Under the pieces are notes generated by a model that saw nothing but the letters and a program-made list of their open reading frames with translations, was not told where the DNA came from and made no database searches. Shown here in pieces: positions 42,820 through 62,400 of a stretch of 64,000 nt of DNA. How positions within the stretch are numbered: position 1 is the first letter of the stretch; every line of letters starts with the position of its first letter. Source of the stretch: the human T2T-CHM13v2.0 reference genome, Homo sapiens; NCBI RefSeq assembly GCF_009914755.1, contig NC_060925.1; one strand, written 5' to 3'. Both the position numbers and the translations under genes were made by a program.

Positions 42820-43582
42820 TTCGGTGAGTCAAGGTCATTCCAGTAAATCCCACTTCTGATGCCAACTACAAATTTCATGAGTCCCCAGGACCACCCATTT
42901 CTGAGACAAATTGCAAGTTTGAGGTCCCCAAGACCATCTTCAGGTTTGATAATTAACTAGAATGACTCACAAAACTCACTGAAAGCTGTTTTACAAATGT
43001 TTTACTCAAGCCTTCACAAAGAACCCAACTGATCTTATAGGTATAGTCAACCAATCTTGCAAGAATTCAACAAATAACTTCTGTAATATTAGAGTTTATT
43101 AAAGCAAAAAATACAGATGAAAATGAGCCAAGGGAAGAGGTACCTAAGGCAAGGTCCAGGAGAGTCCCAAACAAAGGAGTCAGTCACAGCACTTCCAGTT
43201 CTCCTCTCCCAGTGGAGCTGTGCAGACAGGGCCTACTTCTCCCAGAAACTATGTGTGACAATACACACAGAGAATATTGTTAAGCAGGGAAGCTCTTCCA
43301 AGTCTTGGTGTCCAGAATTTTTATTGGGACTTGCTCACATAGACATGGCTGACCACCCATGTGGCTGACCATAGTCTCTGGCCCCTCCAGAAATTGAGTT
43401 GATGCTATGTGGTCAGAGCTCCCACCATAAATCACATTATAAGCATTGACAATGCTAACAAGGTCCCCAGTAATGAAGATACTCTTATCAAGCAGGACAT
43501 TTCAAAGCTTAGAGATTACCTCCCAGGAGCCAAGGGCAAAGGTTGGGCCTCTCTTTGAACAAGGTTAATCCTTTACTGCACC
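42820..43582 (-). mobile_element. MER21C/MER77-like old LTR
   Basis: GGTCCCCAAGACCA, AACTCACTGAAAGCTGTT and AAGGTTAATCCTTTACT motifs. Confidence 0.55.
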
Positions 43583-44677
43583 ACTGGAAAGAAGTTGTTA
43601 AAGTTGTCAAAGATGAACCATTCACAAAGAGCCCAACTGATCTTATAGGTATAGTCAACCAATCTTGCAAGAATTCAATAAATAACTTCTGTAACACCAG
43701 ACACTAAATGAGAACTCATTGCCTTTATTTCTAACCATCTGAATATTGTCTGTGTTCCTGTTTGAATGAAACCATAACGACACTTTTAATAAGCACAATC
43801 TCTTTTTCTGTCTCTTTTTCTCAGAAGGGCTAGAAAATCGCTTTCCCTTCTATGTACATTTATCTTCTGTGGGCTTTCACTTGTTGGAAGAGAAGTAGCC
43901 AGTTATTGTTTATTTATTGGCTGTGATAACTTTCAGGTTCAGGTTAAAGGTAAGAGATGCAACAGTCTCATAAAGAAGATGGAAGACAGAGCCTCTCAAA
44001 ACAATTTATGGGACATCAGATAACGCAGAGAACCCACATCCACAGGAGCAAAGGCTAAAGAGTGCAATCCATGTCTTAACTCATCTCAGAATTCAACATA
44101 ACAAGAAATTTGCCATTCCCAGATTCAGTGTGAGAAACAGCTCTGACGATGCAGAGAACCGCAGGCTATCTCTCTGACACTAGCAATGTGGTGTGGGAAA
44201 TGGAATCAATCTCTGCTTCCCTGTGTTGGAACAAAATGTTTCTACGTGAAAAAGGTACAAAAAAGTTTTCCCAAATTGCAAGGGAAATGCACCATAGAAT
44301 AGCCTCCTATTTAGCCTCCTATTTAAAGATAATTAAATATAAATTTGTCTTATACATTTGTATCTTTTATTACATTGTATAAATCAGAATCTGATTTAGT
44401 ATGAAATTATATTCTGAGATTTTTATGTTTGACATATTAGTAGACCAAGTGTTTTGCAATTAAAAAAAAAAAAACATAATGACTTCTAAGTGCCCTACCA
44501 TCTAGTTTGTGAATTTTATCTAGTTTGTGAATTACAAATACAGAAAATCAAAATTGGGGTTATAATGATAAAGTCATTTGTGCAAGCCAATGTTCTCTTT
44601 TAATTTTTCTGTGCTACGTTGACACCTAGAAAGAAATGAATGTGATCAAAGTTTAGTGGTGTAATCAGATAAACTTA

Positions 44678-45029
44678 TGATATGGTTTGGCTGTGTCCCC
44701 ACCAAAATCTCAACTTGAATTGTATCTCCCAGAATTCCCACGTGCTGTGGGAGGGACCCAGGGGGAAGTAACTGAATCATAGGGGAGGGTCTTTCCTGTG
44801 CTAGTCTCGTGATAGTGAATAAGACTCACGAGATCTGACAGGTTTATCAGGGTTTCCACTTTGCTCCTTCCTCATTTTCTCTTGCTGCCACCATGTAAGA
44901 AGTACCTTTCACCTCCCACCATGATTGTGAGGCCTCCCCGGCCATGTGGAACTGTAAGTCCAATTAAACTTCTTTTTCTTCCCAGTCTTGGGTCTGTCTT
45001 TATCAGCAGAGTGAAAACAGACCAATACA
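44678..45029 (+). mobile_element. THE1A-like solo MaLR LTR
   Basis: TGATATGGTTTGGCTGTGTCCCC...AATACA with 5-bp TSD ACTTA (44673-44677, 45030-45034). Confidence 0.9.
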
Positions 45030-46906
45030 ACTTACAACCAAATTGTTATTTTAGTGGTTTGAATATCCATAATTGACCATGAAATTGTTTTGACATGACA
45101 AAACTTTACTGTGGAGTATTTTATTCTACATCACATTGCTATTTTATTCTATTTCACATTGCTGTTTATCCCTCATGTAGAATCCTCATCAGTGCTGAGA
45201 GTTTCCCTGATTCTATGTGTCACTGAACCTACCACACAGGTTGCATGGGCCCACACATTCACATATGAGATTATAGAAGATGAAGAACCTAAAACTGGCT
45301 TCCTGTTCTCTAAGAGTTCCTCTTCTTCTTCCCCTATCCGTGTGCTAACTGACCTCCCTACATGATTTTCATGTGAAGCTCTCTGGGTTTTTCTGGCATA
45401 CCCTCTCCTGCTAAGAAGTTGCCTCTGGCCAGGCGCGATGACTCACACCTGTAATCTTAACATTTTGGGCGGCTGAGTTCAAGAATTTAATGGGCAAAAA
45501 TAAAGAAGTCTGGTAATACCAAGTATTTGAGGGCATATGGATCAATTGGATCAATTATATACAGCTGATGGGAATGTAAATTGGTACAATTCTGTGGAAA
45601 TAAATTGGTGTTATCTTGTAAAGTAAAATATTTATAAACTCTAATGATCCAGCAATATGACATCTAGTTATATACCTACATATAAGAGACAGTTTAGCAC
45701 ATATATACCTGGAGACACATATGACAATGTGCATAACAGCATTGTTTTTTATTGGAAAAAAAACTGGAGACAAAACAAATGGCAATGGGAGAGTGGAAAA
45801 ACAAGATGTGATCTATTCATACAATGTAAATTCAATAGCATCAAAAATGAATGTGGGACAGCACAGGAGAACAGTAGTTACATAATGTCATAGGAAAAAA
45901 TAAGCACCAGAAGACAATATACAATATGATAGTATTTTTATATAGTTTAAAAACAAAAAATTAAACATATTATTTGGGCATCTGCATGATGTGTGTGCAT
46001 GATTGTTAAAAAGTAGCTTAAGCAATAGGATCTTAACCACAAATTGAGATAATGGCAACAACTAAGGAAGAAGGGAGGGATGGAGTGACATAGAGGAACA
46101 CAGAGGTAGGTGTAGATTATTAATAATATTCTAGTTGTTGGGTTGTGTCATGATAAGCGTCCATTGCATTGTGAAACAAAAGGAAGGTGGGAGAGAGGTG
46201 GACGGGGGTAGAAGGAGAGTGAGAGAGGGAGCTGACCTAGCTGCCATGCGTCTCTGGCTGCTTGTTACAACCACAAAGAAAGACCACTAATACCACCTCA
46301 TCATGAAACCTTTCAGGTAATCATTAGTGTTGTTCACTCTGATACAATTCTCCTCTTTTGGGGCAGGGTGGGGACATGGAAGGCTGCACTTCTCTTTGGA
46401 GTTAAACAGGACCATGTGTCTTGCTCTGGCCAAGCAATGTAAGCAGAAAGTGTCACTGTCAGGCTGAAGCCTTTAGGAGAAGCAAGACACCAGTCAACAC
46501 ACTCCTTTCTCCAGCTTCAGTAAATACCTAAAACACGTAGCATTGGCTTGGTAATAGGCCTACTGGTGATGAAGAAATTAATATTGAAGGTTGGAAAGAT
46601 GGCACTCCATGTTATGTAAGAAGTGAAAATGTTAAGAGTGTTGCCTGTGGCCACTCAAGAAGTGTGTTATATACCTAGTGCCCTTGAGCTCTAAGGGAAG
46701 ACACCAGGGAAACAGAATGCAACGCTGTGTGCCAGCTGCCTTTGGTAACATATTATGAAAGAGAGGCCCAAAGGAAAATCAGATGGTCTGTTTTGCAAGC
46801 AGCAATGAAAGAACTAACTGACTCCGTGTCTTCAACAGGTAAATGGTAAAGAAAGCTTTCATTAATAAATGATCTTCAATAAAGACACACACAAATACAT
46901 ACACGT

Positions 46907-47200
46907 GGCTGGGTGTGGAGGCTCACCCCTGTAATCCCAGCACTTTGGGAGGCTGAATCAGGTGGATTGCTTGAGTCCAAGAGTTCGAGACAAGCCTGGG
47001 CAATGTAGTGAGACCACAACTCTACAAAAAAAAAATCAGTTAGCCAGGTATGGTGGCATGCCTGTGGTCTCAGCTACCTGAGAGGCTGAGGTAGAAGGAT
47101 CTCTTGAGCCAGGGAGGTCAATGCTTCAGTGATCTGTGCTCATGCCACTGCACGCCAGCCTGGGCAACAGAGTGAGATTCTGTCTCAAAAAAAGAAAAAA
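46907..47200 (+). mobile_element. AluJ-like
   Basis: Diverged dimeric Alu. Confidence 0.85.
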
Positions 47201-47264
47201 AATACACACACACACACACATGCATGCACACTATAAAAATCTTTCTCTCCATCCACCTCAGTCA

Positions 47265-51600
<4,336 letters not shown>

Positions 51601-52440
51601 TCATTTAATTTTTATGAAAACCACATGTGAGGACTTTACTGCTCTTATCTGTAATTTACAGATAAGGAAACTGAGATTCTGATAGACGAAAATTTTTTGA
51701 AGGGTCAGATTCATTTAGACCTTTAACAACTTCACTCTCTGGATGTGGGGCACAATGAAAACAATGACAGGTGAAAACTTTCCCAGCTCAGAGATCTCTG
51801 TGGTCACGCCAAGGTGGCAGGGAGAATTAAGGGAAAGCCACCTTCTCTGAGAGGTCTTCACTAACATTCCTTTCTGGATTGGGGATCGCTCTCCTGTGTT
51901 TCCACAGCTCCCCAGGAAGCTCTCATGGGAGACTTTATCACCTTGAACCTGAAGGGCCCCTGGGCTCCACCACCTGCAGCTTTAGAATTGGGTTCATCTG
52001 TCTTCTCTATCACTTCTTTATCACCGTATCCCCAGCACTTAGCCCAGGAACTAGTACACACTCAATGAATATTGTTGGAATTAATTCATAAAGGAATCTA
52101 TAAAAGAGAAAAACTGTTCACCTCTCTCTCCCACCACCGTCTGTGCACTCCCAGCCAACAGTGTCTGGCACACAAAAGGTGACTCACATACAGGGGAACT
52201 CCAACCAGAGATAAAAACATACTCAGGTTTGTCTCCTCTAGTTGGAAGAAGGGCATCTGAGAGTGAAGAGGGACAGAGACGTCTGTGTTTCAGGATAGAG
52301 AATGGGGACAAGGGGTAAGAGAGAAGGCAGGAAAGAACAGATGACAGAAAATGAGTTATTAAAAAGGTAGAAAGAACTAAAGAAAGAAAGGCTCTAGAGA
52401 GAATACTAACAATTTCTAACCCAGGTCCAAATAGATCTAG

Positions 52441-52760
<320 letters not shown>

Positions 52761-52783
52761 CTCCCAAACATTTTCTAAGCAAA

Positions 52784-52872
52784 CTTCTTCCCCTTCCTCT
52801 TTCCCTTCTTCTTCCCCTTCCTCTTTCCCTTCTTCTTCCCCTTCCTCTTTCCCTTCTTCCCCTTCCTCTTCT
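52784..52872. repeat. Polypyrimidine tandem repeat, ~24-nt unit CTTCTTCCCCTTCCTCTTTCCCTT
   Basis: About 3.5 copies seen directly. Confidence 0.85.
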
Positions 52873-53593
52873 AATTCCTCTAAGGCCTAAGAACTTTAAA
52901 CTTCATTTTCTAGCCAGTGAGAAGTAATTGACACTTAGAGTGGCGAAGAATTGGAAGGGCTTGTCATAATCCAATTTGCATTGTAGAGGAAACACAATAT
53001 TATGCCTAATATTTAGTCACGGGTAAGAACTGATGCCATCCCCATCCTATCTGTACCAATAACCCACTGGGGATGATTTGGCCACATGTCTTCTTCTGAA
53101 TGAGCACCTGCAGATGGGAGCCCAGGAATGGTTAAGCCACTGCACAAGGAGAGTCACCATCATCGCAACATGCCAGCCCATTCTTCCCTAAGGAGAACGC
53201 CCAGTCACTAAGGTTAGAACATACTAGATATAGATATTGGGTATACCTCCTTCTTCTTTGGGGCACCCCCCAAAAAATGGACGCTTTTCTCCTTTCGGGT
53301 CTTCAGGTTGAGGATACAAATTGATCAGTCCATGTGGGTGAGTTAGGAAGGGTTTGGATAAAATGCTTCCTTTCCCCTTGCCCTGTATGCCTCTGGCTAT
53401 TTTAAGGGCTATCTGAAAGGGAAGTAGAGATGGCATGTTTCTCTATCAGGATTCCCGAGTCCTAACAGTCCAAGCACACACGCAGTTGAAGTACAATCAG
53501 CCAAAGCAATACACATGCTTTCGAAATTTCCTAGAGTGCTTCACCCCTACAGGAAAGGAATTCACAGAAACACCAAGCCTTGAGTCAATATGA

Positions 53594-53599
53594 TTTATT
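53594..53599 (-). terminator. ITLN1: ITLN1 polyadenylation signal AATAAA
   Basis: TTTATT on + strand, ~105 nt past the stop. Confidence 0.85.
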
Positions 53600-53703
53600 G
53601 TTTTCTCTTCTGCCATTAACATTCTAGCTACTGGGTAAGTTGTTCTCCATCCTTGGGATCTCATGGTTGGGAGGAGAGGTCTGGGTTCCCTCCCACAAAA
53701 CTC

Positions 53704-53949
<246 letters not shown>

Positions 53950-54007
53950 TCATCAGACTCTCCATTGACAGTGTTGATCTATTCTTCCCATAAAAACCTC
54001 TCTTCCT

Positions 54008-54294
54008 TGGCTCACACCTGTAATCCCAGCAGTCTGGGAGGCCGAAGAGGGTGGATCACTTGAGGCCAGGGGTTCGAGACCAGCCTGGCCAACATGGTGA
54101 AACCACATCTCTACAAAAAATACAAAAATTAGCCAGGTATGGTGGCAAGCACCTGTAGTCCCACTACTCAGGAGGCTGAGGCAAGAGAATTGCTTGAACC
54201 TGGAAGGTGGAGGTTGCGGTGAGCTTAGATCACGCCATTGTACTGCAGCCTGGGTGACAGAGTAAGACCCTGTCTCAAAAGAAAAAAAAAAAAA
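54008..54294 (+). mobile_element. Alu, slightly 5'-truncated, flanked by CTCTCTTCCTT duplication
   Basis: Alu body plus flanking direct repeat. Confidence 0.88.
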
Positions 54295-54727
54295 CTCTCT
54301 TCCTTTAGCTTTAATGACATTATTGTCTTGACTTCCTTTCAACTTTTCTGAATATTCATGCTCAGAGCCCCTGCCTGTTCTCTTCTTTCATAAATCCTCT
54401 AAGTGCTGCTCCCTAGTGGAGGACCTATCTCCCTCTCCCTTATAAACTGCATGACCACTGTGGCCTCAATTACTAAAAATTCACTGATGGCCCCAAAATC
54501 TCCATCTCCTGTTGAGATGCTTCTTGTGCTGAAGACCTCAAAGTCCAGCTTGGATCTCTACACAGGAACCTCAAGCTCCAAATGACCAAAATAGAGTTAA
54601 TTATATCCCTCATTGACCCAGAACCTATTCATCATCCAGACACTCTGACTTCATAAATGGCACTCCCTCACCCAAATGAGAACCATGTTATTCTATACTT
54701 CCTTGCCCATCCTCTGTATTCAACTGG

Positions 54728-55762
<1,035 letters not shown>

Positions 55763-56319
55763 ACTGGTATTCTATTTAAAATCTTTGGAATTTGTCAATC
55801 CCACCATTCAGGATTCCTGAGCCTTAACATTTCAACCACAAAAAGGATGGCCTGAGTGAGGTTTCTAGAAGGTGATGTCCAGGACTGTCCCAGCAACTCC
55901 CCAGTGCAGTGTGTATCTAGGCAAACCATGGCTAGGGTTGGGGAGGTCCAGGTTTTCTCTGAAATATAAACCTCAGATGAAGGAAAACAACACCTGTGTT
56001 TCTCAAGGAATCTCAGCTCTAAAGACTTCTACACAATGTTTCAGCACACAAGCCTCACCCCAGCTCCAAGCGATTGAGTGTTTTCTCACAAAGGCTGAAC
56101 ACCCAGTAATGGTTCTTTTGAAGCCTCACCCCTTGATTTTGGTCTTCAAAGTGACAGGATATGTATACCTGGACAAAAGTTCCCACGGCCCTGGCCCCTG
56201 AAGCTCAGCAATGAGCAAGAGAAGGTCACACTCCCACACACATACACACACACCCCAGTCATACCACACTCAACACACACACACATACCAACACACACGG
56301 ACAAACTCAACCTTACTCA

Positions 56320-56508
<189 letters not shown>

Positions 56509-57062
56509 TTAGGCCAGCCCAGAGGCTCTCGATGCCAAAGCTCAGGCTACAGCCCAACACTCCAGCTGTACTGGTGGAGCCCAGCACCCCTGTGGCCAAT
56601 GGCTGCTACATCCTGTCCTCAAACTTAGCTAAGAGGGACCTTTTCCCAACCCCAGAGATGAAGAGCTGATCCTCAGAGAGGGCTCCTCATCTGCCAGAGG
56701 CTTGTGAAGAGAAATTCAACTCTGCAGGAAGATCACCACTGAACATCTCCAAGGGCTGAGTTGCAGAAATTAACAGATGTATTCACTCTGTTCCTGTTTA
56801 CATTTTTCTTTTCTCCTTTATTTTAAAATCTCAACTCCAAAATGTAAATAATAACAGCTTTGAGTTCTATAATATATGCTCAGCCTCTGCGGAGCGTACT
56901 ATGCTACCAACTTTGGCTTCACACAAAATAAACTCACAATAGAAAAAAAAGTCTCGCCATTTTTTTGGTTGTTCTGTGCACATGGACCTGGCCTGGTCCT
57001 AACAAGCTCCTGCAGGGCTGAGAGTGGGTTGTTAGGAGTAAAGAGTCTGGAGTCTGGAGCCT

Positions 57063-57358
<296 letters not shown>

Positions 57359-57607
57359 GTCTGGAGCCAAATTTCCTCACCCCAGTTGCTGATTCTTCCA
57401 CATATGCCTTGTGATCTTCACAAGTTTCTAAACCTCTCAGTGCTTCAGTTTCCTAAAATGAGGTTAATAAAGTTCAGATCTCAAAGGCAGCCATGCAAAT
57501 CAAGTGGGGCAATATAGGGAACATTACAGAAGAGAACCAAGCTTCAGTCCGATGCATAACTGTTACCTAGCATAGTTGAATGTATTCCCTTTCCTACCAG
57601 GAGTTCA

Positions 57608-57748
<141 letters not shown>

Positions 57749-58112
57749 CTACAAAGAACACAGAAAAAGTCATGGAGTAAAGACAATAGCTTTGCCATTA
57801 CCAGCATCTCCTGGGATGCTGCCATTCATAGAGGAGAAACAATGCTTTCTCAGTAACTGAGATTACTTCAAAACCAGTCAAAATAAGAATCTTTCCATGA
57901 CACTGCTGCCAGTTAGGCGAGAGCTGTGCTTCTGCGGCAGCCTGGACCACTTCATTATCTCTCTCTCCTTCTCCCTGACCCATCCACACTCTTCCTGCCC
58001 CAGCTGTCCTCTCCAATAGGTCCCTTCTCTTGCCTGGCTTAGAATTCCTAAGAGAAGCAACAGAAGCCATCAGCAAATCTGGGTTAGAAGAACATGGGAG
58101 ACAGACCCATTA

Positions 58113-58424
<312 letters not shown>

Positions 58425-58566
58425 TCAGCTGGACTGTGAGAGCTCTGGACTCCAGATGAGCAGATGGCCAACCATACTCAGACACCCCACTCCCAGCCGA
58501 TGATCCCACCACACCCAGGGCCCTAACAGCCTTGTTAGGAGGAAGTTGTGATTCAAAGTGTAAATT

Positions 58567-58858
58567 GGCTGGGTGTGGTGGCTCATGCCTATAATCCCAG
58601 CACTTTGGGAGACCAAGGCGGGCAGGTCACTTGAGGTCAGGAGTTCGAGACGAGCCTGGCCAACATGGTGAAACCCCATCTCTACTAAAAGTACAAAAAT
58701 TCGCTGAGTATGGTAGTGGGCGCTTGTAGTCCCAGCTACTTTTGAGGCAGAGGATCACTTGAACCCAGGAGGCCGTGGTTGCTGTGAGCCGAGATCACAC
58801 CACTGCACTCCAAGCTGGGCAACAGAGTAAGACTCCGTCTCAAGAAAAAAAAAAAAAA
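58567..58858 (+). mobile_element. Alu in ITLN1 intron 4
   Basis: Dimeric Alu. Confidence 0.9.
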
Positions 58859-58962
58859 GATGTAAGTATTTCTCTCTTCTTCTCCAGCCCATCCCACACC
58901 CCTACCTTCCAGCCATCCCTCCTGCAGGCTTGTGGCCAGCCACACTCCACTCCTCACCCTCA

Positions 58963-59289
<327 letters not shown>

Positions 59290-59454
59290 TCAGCCCCATG
59301 ACAAGAAAGGCCCTAGGAACCAGAGACATGGCCTAAAGGCTCCTGTCCTGACTCACATCACTAAGTGCTCCCAGGGGTACTGGGGCCTCCCTGAGTTCAG
59401 AAGATCATGTTCCTGTAACTGAGGCAGAACATAGAATTGTATAAAATCCCAGTG

Positions 59455-59886
59455 ACATTTTTCATAAAGTTAAACATGGAATTATTGTATGACCCAGCAA
59501 TTCCACTGCAGGTCTATCCCCAAAAGAATTGAAAACAGGGCCTCAAGCTGATGCTTTTACACCAGTGTTCATTGCAGCATTAGTCACAAGAGCCAAATAG
59601 AAGAAACAATTCAAATATTCACCAACAGGTGAATGAATAAACAAAACATGGTGTGTGTGCATATATGTATCTGCAGTGGATAAAAGGGAATGAAATATCC
59701 ATGCTACAGCATGGACAAACCCTCAAAACACTGTGCTAAGTGAAATAAGCCAGACACCAAAGGACAAATACCATATGACTCCAATTACATGAGGTAACTA
59801 CACTAGGCAAATTCATGGAGATAGAAAGTAAAATGCAGCTACCAGAGACTGAGGGAAGAGAGTTATTGCTTAATAACTCCATGTTA

Positions 59887-59919
<33 letters not shown>

Positions 59920-60380
59920 TGAGATGGAGTCTCACTCTGTTGACCAGGCTGGAGTGAAGTGGCACTATCTTGGCCCACTGCAACCTCTGCCTCCTGAGTT
60001 CAAGCGATCCTCCCACCTCAGCCTCCCAAGTAGCTGGAATTACAAACATGTACTCCACACCCAATTGATTTTTGTATTTTAGTAGAGACAGGGCCCCACC
60101 ATGTTAGCCAAGCTGGTTTCAAACTCCTGGCCTCAACTGATCCACCCCTCTCAGCCTCCTAAAGTGCTGGGATTACAGGCCTGAGCCACCGCACCCGGCC
60201 CCTCCATGTTATTAAGTACAGAGTTTCTGTTTGGGGCACTGAAAAAGTTCTGCATATGGATAGCTGTGATGGTTGCACAACCTTGAAGGTAATTAATGCC
60301 ACTGAATTGCACACTTAATGTTGCTTAAAATGGCAAATCTTATGTAAATTATAATATACATATACTTTACCATAATTTTT
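59455..60380 (+). mobile_element. L1MB-like 3' end with an Alu (-) inserted at ~59886-60199
   Basis: GACCCAGCAATTCCACT, AAGTGAAATAAGCCAGAC and GGTTGCACAAC motifs; CTCCATGTTATT duplication around the Alu. Confidence 0.8.
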
Positions 60381-60460
60381 TAACTAAAAGACAAAAAGAC
60401 TCCCAGAAGACACAATCCTGATACCCTGACTGAGCTCTGTTTGAATGTTTCATCACTCAC

Positions 60461-60559
60461 CAAATGCACTAGGACATTCGTCTTTGATTTCCTTGCAGCT
60501 TCTGGGCAGAGATGGAGACGAAGAACAGGTCCATTCCTTGAAGTAAGTATTAGCCTCAT
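60461..60559 (-). CDS. ITLN1: ITLN1 exon 3 DEANTYFKEWTCSSSPSLPRSCKEIKDECPSAF
   Basis: cctAG / GTGAGT sites; 99 nt; N-terminus matches ITLN1 rather than ITLN2. Confidence 0.95.
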
Positions 60560-60689
60560 CTAGGGAATACACAGGGTTTATTCTCATTCCCGGTTTGACA
60601 CAAAACCTACCCTCTCCTATCACTAGTCCCACGCTCATTCCACCACTGTAGCAGAACCTCGCTGCCCGGGTGGTAAGGCCTGAGACAGC

Positions 60690-60762
60690 CAGTGTCATAT
60701 CCACTCAGCCCATCAGTGTCACATCCACTCAGCCCATCGGCATCATATCCACTCAGCCCATC
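60690..60762. repeat. 24-bp minisatellite x3 (CAGTGTCATATCCACTCAGCCCAT)
   Basis: Units start at 60690, 60714 and 60738. Confidence 0.92.
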
Positions 60763-61851
60763 CGACCTGACAGCCAGCACAGGCTTAAAGTCTGCCTCCC
60801 GCCACAAGACCTGTCCTTGTGCTGGGTCCTGCCCTAAGCACTGAGTAATCAAAGACATTAAAGTTCCCCAGCAAGAGCTTGCCTCTAGAGGGAATTGCTA
60901 ACAAGTCAACAGAAAATTGTATTGACAAGAATAAATGGTAGAAGAAAGGCAAACTCAAGAGAACAAAAGAAAGACTCTGAGGTAACAGTGGAGAATGGAA
61001 ACGCCAGACAGTAAGCGGGGCAGTTGCCTGGGAGAAGAAGGCAAGACGGGTTGTCTCATGTCTTAGTCACAGAAGACCTTCCAGTCCAGGTGACATCTTA
61101 GCTTATTCTGAGAGAATAAACATGATTTATCAGTAGGAAGCCAATCCAAGGCAGGGAAAACAGCATATCCAAAGGCCTAGAGAAAAAAAAAAAATACAGC
61201 GTAGTCCAGCTGTAGAACTACAAGCTGCTTAATATGGCTGAAACATGGGGTGTGAAGTAGGGAGTGGTGAGACTAATCTCTACTCCAAAAAGTCTGCAAA
61301 CTATTCGAACAGTCTAGGGGAAAGCTGTGAGGTCAGAGGTGACTGACCTCAGTTTCCTCATACCTAAAACACAGTTAATAAACAGTGCTTTTGCAAAGAT
61401 GAAGTAAGAAGATATTTCGAAACAGCCTTTTCTTTAAAAAAAAAATTTTTAGACGTGAAGAAAAATATAAATTTTAAAATGTCATTGTTATTCTTGTTGT
61501 AGAGAGGAAAACTGTGGAGAGAACATTCTCCAGGCACAAAGCAGACCATGTAGTTCCCATGGAAATCCCACAGCCAAGGCCACAGGAGTGGGCAGTGGCT
61601 GGAAGGTGACACAGTTCTTGCCACAGCCTCCTCAGGGCCACACAAAAGCACAGAGCCTGGACCCAGGACATGCCTCAAGCAATACCCTCACTGCCACAGG
61701 CCAGATTCCGCCAGAGACCAGAAATCGGCACTCAGTCTACATGCAAGCCAGCCGCTGTGCATCTCAAAGACATGCTCTGTGTCCTGGGAGAGACCAGGAT
61801 CCCGGAAGTCATCCAGCTGAAGGAACTGCTGTCCCTAGCAGCGTGACTCAC

Positions 61852-61909
61852 CTGTACTCCATCCTCTGGTGGTCGCTATGAGAAACAGCAGGAAGCTGAG
61901 TTGGTTCAT
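61852..61909 (-). CDS. ITLN1: ITLN1 exon 2 coding part, signal peptide MNQLSFLLFLIATTRGWST
   Basis: ACAATGA start; exon begins at 61915 after tttAG; GTGAGT donor; CDS total 942 nt = 313 aa. Confidence 0.96.
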
Positions 61910-62092
61910 TGTAATCTAAAGAAAGCAAGATGAAGGTCACCATCTTGGCCATCATTTTTCTCTACATCCCTGCCCCACCCCTGTCCAGTCTTACAAAGAC
62001 TCCAAAACCCCTTGCCTTTTGTTTAAACTTCACACATCTCTGAGACCAAAAGCAGACCTAAGCTGAAAACAGGATTCCCCCAACTCACAGAC

Positions 62093-62205
62093 CTTGTCTG
62101 AGTCTCAGCTGCACTTTCCTTGGGTACAGAGAGCTCCTTCACTCCCTCCCTCCACTGCGCCCTGGAGCTCAACAGAGTGCAGCTTTCTCCAAAAACGCTC
62201 CTGAT
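62093..62205 (-). other. ITLN1: ITLN1 non-coding exon 1 (5' end approximate)
   Basis: CAGACAAG|GT donor joins ATTACAATG as in the recalled mRNA; TATA-like CATAAA just upstream. Confidence 0.75.
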
Positions 62206-62400
62206 GTGGAATGAGGTGCAGAAAGCTTTATGGAGGAAGCCCAGTGGGGCCAACCAAGGTTTCCAGCCTCACCCTCCCCTGGCACAATGCCCAGTGCAGG
62301 GGAGGCTTCTGGTTATCTCGGGGAGGTTATTTATACAGTGGAATTAACAGGTTCTAAAGAAAAAACCAATCCTAAGAATCACCTGCTAGCGTTGTTCCTG
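62206..62400 (-). promoter_or_regulatory. ITLN1: ITLN1 proximal promoter: CATAAA (62227-62232), GATA site AGATAA (62313-62318), TTC-N4-GAA (62352-62361)
   Basis: Motifs read directly; positions fit relative to exon 1. Confidence 0.6.

Noticed and set aside
44300-44533. Small direct duplications (TAGCCTCCTATT x2; ATCTAGTTTGTGAATT x2)
   Set aside because: Ordinary micro-duplications of a kind common in intergenic DNA.
60690-60762. Regular repeat considered as a CRISPR-like array
   Set aside because: Tandem units without unique spacers, in human intronic DNA with no cas genes.
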